Shown here in pieces: positions 57,708 through 64,000 of a DNA stretch of 64,000 bases. How positions within the stretch are numbered: the stretch's first letter is position 1; each line of letters begins with the position of its first letter. The position numbers were made by a program, and so were the translations under genes. Under the pieces are notes generated by a model. The model searched no databases and had not been told where the DNA came from. It worked only from the letters and a program-made list of their open reading frames with translations. This DNA is from an uncultured Candidatus Saccharibacteria bacterium (GTDB lineage Bacteria > Patescibacteriota > Minisyncoccia > Phycocordibacterales > DATGWK01): NCBI GenBank assembly GCA_964456405.1, contig CAYVZB010000001.1, positions 24,601-88,600 of the forward strand. Reading direction: 5' to 3'.

Positions 57708-59027
57708 CTATTCCAAACCTAACTTTTTGTCCCTTAATAGTATTCTGCTCTTGATACAACTTAGTATTTCTCGTTTTTGAAGCATCGTACCATGTCGTAG
57801 CATATGTTTGGCAAATGTTTTTATGGAGATATCTTTGTGTTTTTTTGACTGATTTAAATCAATCCCAAGCACCCCGCTCTGAAATAAAGCATACCTCGCT
57901 ACTTCCTCTTCCAGTTTCTTTTTCAGCTCGCTCTTGTCCATGCTCATCTTGTCGATGATCAGCATAACTTCGTCTATGAGTATCGATTCCTTGACCGATT
58001 CGTTCTGGCATTCTCGGTTCTTCACTTTCGTACATCGGTAGTAGACGTGGGTGTTCGAGCCCCCATCTTTCAGCTCTTTTATCTTTTCTTCCGCCGTTAT
58101 GCCCGACTCGCAGTAGGCGCAGTGAAGCATTCTCGTGAATGCGAACTCTCTACCGTACGCCTTCTTTTTCTCGACTTTTATTTTTTCCTGTACTGCTTCA
58201 AATAATTCTCTCGATATGATCGGCGTGTGTTTGCCTGTGTACCATTCGCCGCTATCCTCAGGGTATTCGAACACTCCGTAATAGAAGGTCATTCTAAGTA
58301 TTCGATATATGTTGCCAAGTGTGACATATTTCCCATTCTTATTCTTGAAATCGATTTCCTTGAGCCATTTGTATATTTTTCGGCCAGAATAATTTTCGTT
58401 TGCCACTTTCTCAAACATTTCCTTGATGATTGGTGCTCTCTTTGAATCCACGATCACTTGGCATTTTTCATCCTTATTCTTGCTATTAAGGTAGCCAGTC
58501 GGTGCCATCGACGGCCGAAGTCCCATGGCCGCCCTCGTTCGCAATCCTCGCTTTACGTTGATCACCTTGTTGTCGTTTTCAAGCTTTGCCTGTGATCCGA
58601 GAATCATCAGCATGAACTTGTCGTTCGGCGTGTTCGTAAATTTCTGCCCGTAGGTTCGTATCTCGATGAGTTTTTTCTGGTCCATCAAGTCCACAACTCT
58701 GCCGAGGTCGCCTGCGTTTCGGGCGATTCGGTCTGGTGCCCATGTAAGAATGCCATTGTATTTTCCTTGCTTGAGTTCCTCCACGATCTCGTTGAAGACT
58801 GGCCGCTGTCCGGCTTCCTTCGCTGAGTGAGATTCTTTCTTCGTGACCACGATTTCTAATCCATCAGCAACTGCCATTTTCTCCATTTCTTTAATTTGAG
58901 AGTCGATAGATAGAACTTGCTTATCCTCTTGTTCCGTACTTTTTCTGGCGTAAAGGCAGTACGAAAGCCTTACGGGGCTTGCTGGTTTGGCCGTAGCCCC
59001 AGACGGCGCTGTGGTTGCATATGTCAT
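57708..59027 (-). CDS. large serine recombinase (resolvase N-domain, recombinase domain and zinc ribbon); the track start at 59084 is less likely
   Basis: LYARKSTEQ catalytic-Ser motif, DRIARN, a recombinase-domain block and a C-terminal CAYCESG...YYRCTK zinc ribbon. About 440 aa. Confidence 0.8.
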   Translation of the reverse strand: MTYATTAPSGATAKPASPVRLSYCLYARKSTEQEDKQVLSIDSQIKEMEKMAVADGLEIVVTKKESHSAKEAGQRPVFNEIVEELKQGKYNGILTWAPDRIARNAGDLGRVVDLMDQKKLIEIRTYGQKFTNTPNDKFMLMILGSQAKLENDNKVINVKRGLRTRAAMGLRPSMAPTGYLNSKNKDEKCQVIVDSKRAPIIKEMFEKVANENYSGRKIYKWLKEIDFKNKNGKYVTLGNIYRILRMTFYYGVFEYPEDSGEWYTGKHTPIISRELFEAVQEKIKVEKKKAYGREFAFTRMLHCAYCESGITAEEKIKELKDGGSNTHVYYRCTKVKNRECQNESVKESILIDEVMLIIDKMSMDKSELKKKLEEEVARYALFQSGVLGIDLNQSKKHKDISIKTFAKHMLRHGTMLQKREILSCIKSRILLRDKKLGLE

Positions 59028-59135
59028 ACATACACATTGATGACACAACCCCTCCGGGGAGTCCAGGCTCCCCAGAGTTAGCAACTATTTCTCCAAATAT
59101 TCAAATATACTTACGATCCGTATAGAATCGCCCGA

Positions 59136-60397
59136 GGTGCAAACGGTTTTGGGTGGCCACTTAACCACATAAAACAATGAATAAAATGTTAACTTATAGT
59201 CAGTACCTTAAACGAACAAAAGAATTGAAGACTCCGGAGGATGTTGCTGCATTCGCGCAGGAGTTAATCGCTCCTTTTGTTGGAAATGTAGTCAAAGAAG
59301 AGCCTGTTTCTGTGAGCGAAGAAGCCGCCGGTAGCTTGGCGGCTTCTATTGAGGAAACTCCCGCACCTGTAAAACAGAAATATAATCGCAGGAATCCGTA
59401 CGCGATCGAGCAGGTCAATCCGTGGCACGATGTCGCAAGTAACGAGACTGAGCTCATGGTAATTGATCTCTATGCAAAAGGTCTCACCACTCGAGACATT
59501 GTGAATCACTTAAAACGCAGTCATGGCATCGAACTATCACAACCAACAATCTCAAACATCACCGATAAGGTATTTCCTTTGGTGAAAGAATGGCAGTCGC
59601 GAGCGCTCTCGTCATGCTACCCAATATTGTACCTCGATGGCATGCACTTTAAGGTACGCGAGGCAGGCAAGATTGCTTCCAAGGTGGCATATATTGCTCT
59701 GGGCATAAATCAGTTTGGGCAAAAGGAAGTTCTCGGTATGTGGATTAGCGAGACTGAGGGCGCAAAATTCTGGATGCACGTCTTGAATGACCTCAAGAAT
59801 CGCGGTGTGGATGATATTCTCATTGCCTGCGTTGATGGTCTCAAAGGATTCCCGGAAGCAATCAAAGCAATGTATCCACACACAGACGTTCAAGTATGTA
59901 TCGTTCACCAGATCAGGCATACGGTCATGTTTATCGCAACAAAGGATAAGGACCAATTCTGCATTGAACTTAAATCTGTTTACAACGCTCCAAGTGAACA
60001 AGCGGGACTCGATGCACTTAAAGACATGATGGAACGATGGCCGCAGTATCGGGCATATCTCAAAAGTTGGGAGACGCGATGGTCTGATATCGCTCCGTTC
60101 TTCAGCTATCCGCAGTCAGTTCGTAAGACGGTCTACACCACAAATGCGATTGAAAACTTAAATCGCCAATTCAGAAAGGTAACAAAGACAACCCAAATCT
60201 TTCCTCATGATGACGCACTACTGAAATTGCTCTGGCTCGCCCAAGCTGATCTCACACAGAAATGGGTTCTCGGGACACGTAATTGGTCGGAAGTTATGGC
60301 ACAACTTAGCATCATGTTCCCAGACCGCGTTCACTTCTAGTCACTAAACAAATCAGAAAAATTAATTAACGTGGCGCATTCAAAAACGTTTAGCACC
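59136..60397 (+). mobile_element. IS256-family insertion sequence (~1.26 kb)
   Basis: Imperfect terminal inverted repeats GGTGCAAACGGTTTTGGGTGGCCAC (59136-59160) and the reverse complement of 60371-60397 (GGTGCTAAACGTTTTTGAATGCGCCAC), flanking one transposase gene. No clear target-site duplication. Confidence 0.6.
59177..60340 (+). CDS. IS256-family (Mutator-type) transposase
   Basis: 387 aa. YLDGMHFKVR, IACVDGLKGFPEAI and CIVHQIRH blocks are typical of the IS256 DDE transposase. Confidence 0.85.
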   Translation: MNKMLTYSQYLKRTKELKTPEDVAAFAQELIAPFVGNVVKEEPVSVSEEAAGSLAASIEETPAPVKQKYNRRNPYAIEQVNPWHDVASNETELMVIDLYAKGLTTRDIVNHLKRSHGIELSQPTISNITDKVFPLVKEWQSRALSSCYPILYLDGMHFKVREAGKIASKVAYIALGINQFGQKEVLGMWISETEGAKFWMHVLNDLKNRGVDDILIACVDGLKGFPEAIKAMYPHTDVQVCIVHQIRHTVMFIATKDKDQFCIELKSVYNAPSEQAGLDALKDMMERWPQYRAYLKSWETRWSDIAPFFSYPQSVRKTVYTTNAIENLNRQFRKVTKTTQIFPHDDALLKLLWLAQADLTQKWVLGTRNWSEVMAQLSIMFPDRVHF

Positions 60398-60531
60398 TGG
60401 CAAAAAATCGTGGCCTAGAGCTGCGGTTTTTTGTTTTAATATAAAAATCGGGATAATTGACATGTGTATTTTTTTACTATATGGTATTGACCAGACAGTT
60501 ATTTCATAACACAATTCACAAGGAGTCAGAA

Positions 60532-61512
60532 ATGACTATTCTCGATGCGATGCAAACCGTTCTAAAAAGTGGCTGCGGAATTTCGTTCGAGGAAGCAGTC
60601 CGCTCGGAGCGGTATGCTGAGCTCGAGTCTCAATTCAAGTCTCTGCCCAAGTGTTTTCCAGCCAGAACCCATCGGGGTATCGCTCTACGCGCTGGTCATC
60701 TACAAATGGGTCGCCTTCTCAACACAACAAGTGAGAGGGGGGCGATCAAGCTTCCTCGGTCCGTTCAGTCAGAATTTGGTCGCGGTCAAGCAATGGCGCC
60801 GCTCGTCCAATTGGTGGGCGAGTGTCTCGTCAAAGCCGCGGCTGAGTGCCTACCGGATGACGTGGTTGCTTTGGCCAAGGAATGGCGTGAAGCTGATGTC
60901 GATCGTCAGATCGAAATTGCTCGGACGCTTTTCTTCAGATTCAACTCTGAAGGCCAGCGTCACGACGAGGAGTTTCATCTGGACACAGTGACTCAGAACA
61001 TCAGCAAAAGGATTTTGATGAACGAGCACGCGAGTGAGAGAATTTTGCCGAAGCAGTTTGGGATGTGGGATCCAAAAACCTGCATTGCCAACTGCCAGGG
61101 CAAGACTCAAATGCTCACTGCGTTCGGCCGGCTTGCCGGAACCGATGTTCTCGCTGTTAGTCCGCTCACGACCGCACATGAGGTCGTCGAGGGCTGGCGA
61201 TCGATCGTGGCAGACAGAATCCGCGAAGACTTGGCTCAAAGGAAGATCGAATTCCCCGAGCCGGTTTTCATGGACAGTCTGAAAGCCTACGAAATCGACA
61301 AGGTGTTCAGTGATTTCGATTCACACTTTCACGTCGGCGCGGCTCTGAAGCTGCGAGATGGACGGTGGGTGCTGATCGATTCGCACGCGATGAGTTGGGG
61401 CGTGTTTACCCCCGACTGGCATCTTGAGAGAATCGTTGGCTTGCTTGATAAGTACGGAGTGGTTCTTCCAGGCATTCATTTACTTGGTCACAGCTACGAA
61501 GCTCGTGACTAA
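60532..61512 (+). CDS. hypothetical protein with a possible transglutaminase-like Cys-His-Asp core
   Basis: 326 aa from the ATG at 60532, with AAGGAG 6 nt upstream. ANCQGKTQMLTAFGRLAG (Cys), HVGAALKLRDGRWVLIDSH (His...Asp) spacing resembles the transglutaminase-like cysteine protease superfamily. GC-rich. Confidence 0.5.
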   Translation: MTILDAMQTVLKSGCGISFEEAVRSERYAELESQFKSLPKCFPARTHRGIALRAGHLQMGRLLNTTSERGAIKLPRSVQSEFGRGQAMAPLVQLVGECLVKAAAECLPDDVVALAKEWREADVDRQIEIARTLFFRFNSEGQRHDEEFHLDTVTQNISKRILMNEHASERILPKQFGMWDPKTCIANCQGKTQMLTAFGRLAGTDVLAVSPLTTAHEVVEGWRSIVADRIREDLAQRKIEFPEPVFMDSLKAYEIDKVFSDFDSHFHVGAALKLRDGRWVLIDSHAMSWGVFTPDWHLERIVGLLDKYGVVLPGIHLLGHSYEARD

Positions 61513-61515
61513 CAC

Positions 61516-62154
61516 TTGAAGGTCATTACCGCAAAGGTTGATGACCTCTTGGCTCACTCCCGAAAACTTGAGCAGCTCACGGCTTCGGTCAAGTCGGTTC
61601 CCAATTTGCTCGAAGTCTTCGCCACAAGCGGCGAAGCACTCTACATCGCAAACGCTACGCGAGGCGAGTCGGAACCAGTCAGTGATACTCCGGGTGGCGA
61701 GGTGTCTCGATTCGTGGCAACAAAAATGATCGCGGGTGAGTCAGCGGCGGAGACAGTGCGATTTGTCGCACTGTCAAAGACCGACCCAACCCTGATCCGA
61801 AAGAAAATTGGGTCGATCCTCACGTTCTACCACGCTCTAGCAATGGAGTGTGCAAAGAATCAGTTGACTGACGCGGGCAAGTTAATTCATCCGGAGTGTG
61901 AATTCGCTTTGGCTGAGTACAACATTGCCGTGTCGGCAATCAACTCGATCATTCCGGAGACCACAATCGAAAGTCAGCACTTCTTCCTCAACTACACCTT
62001 CAACCAGATGAGTCTCTTCAATTCGCTTAGTGAGTTCCGACCGAAGTCTTGGAGAGACAATGATCCCAAGATTGCGATCGCTGCGGCACAGGCCTTGGAG
62101 GTCATGCCGTTTGTCCATCCGCTTGCGCAACGCGCCTTGCGGTTTGTCCGCTAG
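61516..62154 (+). CDS. hypothetical protein (212 aa, apparent TTG start, translationally coupled to the upstream gene)
   Basis: Long GC-rich ORF beginning 4 nt after the upstream stop. No family motif recognised. Confidence 0.45.
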   Translation: MKVITAKVDDLLAHSRKLEQLTASVKSVPNLLEVFATSGEALYIANATRGESEPVSDTPGGEVSRFVATKMIAGESAAETVRFVALSKTDPTLIRKKIGSILTFYHALAMECAKNQLTDAGKLIHPECEFALAEYNIAVSAINSIIPETTIESQHFFLNYTFNQMSLFNSLSEFRPKSWRDNDPKIAIAAAQALEVMPFVHPLAQRALRFVR

Positions 62155-62183
62155 TCAGTCTGACAAAAGAAAGGAGGTAAAAA

Positions 62184-62423
62184 ATGATGAAAGATCCAGA
62201 AAAACTTTCTCCAGGCGCTCGTGAGATTGCTGACAAGCTCGGGCTTAACGGAGATGTTGCTGAATACATTCAGAAACATCCCGAGTCCATCGGCTCTCTC
62301 AACGAGTACATCGAATGGCGAGAGCATGAAAAGGTCGCTGTTAGCCAAACGGCGGCTGTGCCAAGCATCAAACATCCTCTCGTCGATGCTCTCAAGAAGA
62401 GAGTCTCGGCTGTCCCCATGTGA
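62184..62423 (+). CDS. hypothetical small protein (79 aa)
   Basis: AAAGGAGG sits 6 nt upstream of the ATG, and a strong terminator lies at 62428-62464. Confidence 0.55.
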   Translation: MMKDPEKLSPGAREIADKLGLNGDVAEYIQKHPESIGSLNEYIEWREHEKVAVSQTAAVPSIKHPLVDALKKRVSAVPM

Positions 62424-62427
62424 ATCG

Positions 62428-62464
62428 TGAACCGCAGGTCTTCGGGCTTGCGGTTTTTTTATTT
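62428..62464 (+). terminator. rho-independent terminator ending the GC-rich cargo operon
   Basis: aaccgca-ggtcttcgggc-ttgcggtt followed by ttttttt. Confidence 0.6.
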
Positions 62465-62468
62465 ATAT

Positions 62469-62508
62469 AAAAGAAAACCGCCCCTCAACGTTGTCGCGGA
62501 AGGGCGGA
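62469..62508 (-). terminator. candidate terminator for the convergent minus-strand gene
   Basis: ccgccc...gggcgg stem with an inner caacgttg palindrome. An A-tract on the + side gives a T-tract on the minus strand. Confidence 0.45.
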
Positions 62509-62525
62509 TTGTGTTCGTTGCCGAG

Positions 62526-62936
62526 TTACGCCCGGCTGAACATCCTGTTCGCGTTCATCATGCTGTCCTCGTACGGATCAGCGATACGGAAGAACAGCTC
62601 GGAACTGTGGATGGACTCGCCGTTGGAGCAAGGCACGAATGTGCTCTTGTTCTCATCGACGCGCAGTCCCAGCTCCTGCTCCATGAAGACACGCAGGTCC
62701 TTCCAGGTTGTCTGGACACAGCGGCCAAGCCAGACCTGGCAGTCCGGGAAGACCATGACGATCATCCCGTTGTTGGCGTTCCACTTGCCAGCGTCCTGGT
62801 AGCTCCCCTGAATGGGGGCAGACTCGCTCCTTGCCGAGCCTTGATCCTTGTAGGCCGTGAGGCCGGTGACATGAACGAACCCGAACATCCGAAGTTTATT
62901 CAGATGTTCCATCGACAGTTTCTGAAACGCGGTCAT
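62526..62936 (-). CDS. hypothetical protein (136 aa from the ATG at 62936; the track start at 62981 is a TTG)
   Basis: GGAG sits 8 nt upstream of the ATG at 62936. GC-rich. The overlapping + strand ORF 62427-63071 runs across two terminators and is rejected. Confidence 0.45.
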   Translation of the reverse strand: MTAFQKLSMEHLNKLRMFGFVHVTGLTAYKDQGSARSESAPIQGSYQDAGKWNANNGMIVMVFPDCQVWLGRCVQTTWKDLRVFMEQELGLRVDENKSTFVPCSNGESIHSSELFFRIADPYEDSMMNANRMFSRA

Positions 62937-63080
62937 AAAAAGAACTCCAAAAGTGGATGCCCGTTGGTACTCCAGCGACAAAGTGTCGTTGCAAGCCCAT
63001 TGGTACTTCCTGCGATATTATGCATCAGGTTGGTTTTTAAGTCAATCCCACGTAATGCTTCAATCGCCTAGTGGTAAAAT

Positions 63081-63728
63081 ATGCAAATAATGAAACTAAA
63101 ATTTGAATATAGTAAAGAAAAAGATATTTGGTGCTTGTTAAATAAAGGGAAAAGCTCGAAGAACTCCCCATTGCCCACCAAGGTATATTCAGAACTGGTA
63201 ACGGCTTATGGGGAAAATCCTGATGAAATTTCGACGTCTAAATTTATCGACGAACATCTCATCGTGAATAATGTGGACATCACGGAACTTCTGAAAAATT
63301 ACCAAAAAGAGTGGAGTATAGTTTCCAACGAATTCGAGAAAATTGCAGAAAGAATTTTTGGCGTGTCTCTCGAAAAAGAAATTACAGTATATCTAACCAT
63401 AAACAACAGGTGTCCATACAGCGTCGAAGAAAATTGGTTTTTTGTTTCAATCTCAAAAAATTCTCCGGTCAAAACAATAATGCACGAAATCTGGCATTTT
63501 TATACATGGTATAAATTCGGCGTCGTTGAACATGAAAGACTGGGAGCCGAAAAGTACAATGACGTAAAGGAAGCTTTGACTGTTTTGCTGAATATTGAAT
63601 GTAAGCATCTATTACCTGAAGGAGTAGAAGATAAAGGTTACCACCAGCATCAAGAATTAAGAGCTAAAATTTTAGAACTCTGGAAGCAAAATCCTGACAT
63701 TCAAAATGTGTGGAGAAAACTTTTGTAA
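63081..63728 (+). CDS. hypothetical protein with an HExxH motif (possible zinc metallopeptidase)
   Basis: 215 aa, AT-rich. IMHEIWHFY contains HExxH. Confidence 0.4.
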   Translation: MQIMKLKFEYSKEKDIWCLLNKGKSSKNSPLPTKVYSELVTAYGENPDEISTSKFIDEHLIVNNVDITELLKNYQKEWSIVSNEFEKIAERIFGVSLEKEITVYLTINNRCPYSVEENWFFVSISKNSPVKTIMHEIWHFYTWYKFGVVEHERLGAEKYNDVKEALTVLLNIECKHLLPEGVEDKGYHQHQELRAKILELWKQNPDIQNVWRKLL

Positions 63729-63768
63729 AGAAAAAACCCAGATGTGTTGTGACACACCTGGGTTGGCC
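63729..63768 (-). terminator. hairpin plus T-tract on the minus strand (3' region of the gene ending at 63881)
   Basis: aaaaaa-cccagatgtg-ttgtg-acacacctggg. The reverse complement ends in ttttttc. Confidence 0.4.
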
Positions 63769-63880
63769 TTCACGCCCTTTCGGGCGGGTAAACCTCTTGG
63801 TCTGGACTACATGGCCATCGTCCAGATTGCATCCTAGCGCACGCCTAGGATCGTACCAGTTCAATGAAAAGAACTGGTTG

Positions 63881-64000
63881 TTTGCCTGACGTCAGGCCTT
63901 GGCGTGGCGATCACGCGAGTTGCTCGCGGTGCCATTGCTGGCGCCGACGAGTTCCTCCTCGTGCTCACCACCCTCATCGCTCTCGTTCGCCGCGCTGCCG
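63881..64000 (-). CDS. C-terminal fragment of a GC-rich gene continuing beyond the window (...DEGGEHEEELVGASNGTASNSRDRHAKA*)
   Basis: Open minus-strand frame to the window edge, with its stop at 63881-63883. GC content is very high relative to the rest of the window. Confidence 0.4.

Noticed and set aside
59085-59135. Hairpin ggggagtccaggctcccc as a recombinase attachment site
   Set aside because: It lies within the 5' region or possible coding start of the serine recombinase, and no matching partner repeat was found in the window. There is not enough evidence to call an att site.
62427-63071. 214 aa plus-strand ORF
   Set aside because: It reads straight through two rho-independent terminators (62428-62464 and 62469-62508) and is antisense to a minus-strand ORF that has a proper RBS and terminator. 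Its composition is Arg/Leu/Val-rich, as expected for antisense translation.
1-64000. CRISPR array or cas genes
   Set aside because: No periodic short direct repeats with unique spacers anywhere in the window. The only multi-copy repeat is the 155-185 bp structured element, which occurs twice and is not arrayed.

Overview
This 64 kb window looks like part of a small, moderately AT-rich bacterial chromosome, with patchy GC-rich insertions. The compact gene set and the large surface-glycan cluster are compatible with a reduced-genome bacterium such as a Patescibacteria/CPR lineage, but that is inference only.

Layout, 5' to 3':
- 1-7160: tail of the ribosomal alpha operon (rpsM-rpsK-rpsD-rpoA-rplQ) on the + strand, then rplM-rpsI, then a grpE-dnaK-dnaJ heat-shock operon with no hrcA or CIRCE element.
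- 7242-9417: an AT-rich orphan gene, followed by a ~0.9 kb islet bracketed by a ~70 bp direct duplication of the trpS 5' end. The upstream copy is a 29-codon pseudo-start; the intact trpS begins at 9418.
- 9418-22080: scpA-scpB, a DD-carboxypeptidase, mraY-ftsW-murG, gltX, an M23 peptidase, a GH1 and a clan GH-A glycosidase pair, and a lysozyme-like protein.
- 23.1-47.7 kb: a ~24.6 kb cell-surface glycan biosynthesis cluster, mostly on the minus strand. It holds a flippase, GT2/GT4/GT9/GT-C transferases, a GtrA protein, a KdsB-like cytidylyltransferase, six or more methyltransferases, a kinase and a deacetylase. A ~0.55 kb GC-rich gene cassette with its own RBS and terminator is embedded in the operon, and one gene is a GT2 fused to a Zn-alcohol-dehydrogenase domain.
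- 47.7-56.8 kb: a DEDDh exonuclease, rpmA, rplI, a Ctp protease, cysS, dnaB, recR, rplU, rmuC and a YqeY-domain gene.
- 50846-51001 and 56192-56376: two copies of a ~155-185 bp structured, MITE-like element with terminal inverted repeats and an internal perfect hairpin. Each ends in TGnTATAAT six nt before the start codon of cysS or the YqeY gene.
- 56.9-64.0 kb: a mobile mosaic. It contains a GC-rich orphan gene with its own promoter and terminator, tRNA-Glu(CUC), a large serine recombinase, an IS256-family element and a GC-rich cargo operon that includes a transglutaminase-like protein.

No CRISPR array and no rRNA genes were seen. All functional calls rest on reading conserved motifs in the supplied translations; no database search was possible.
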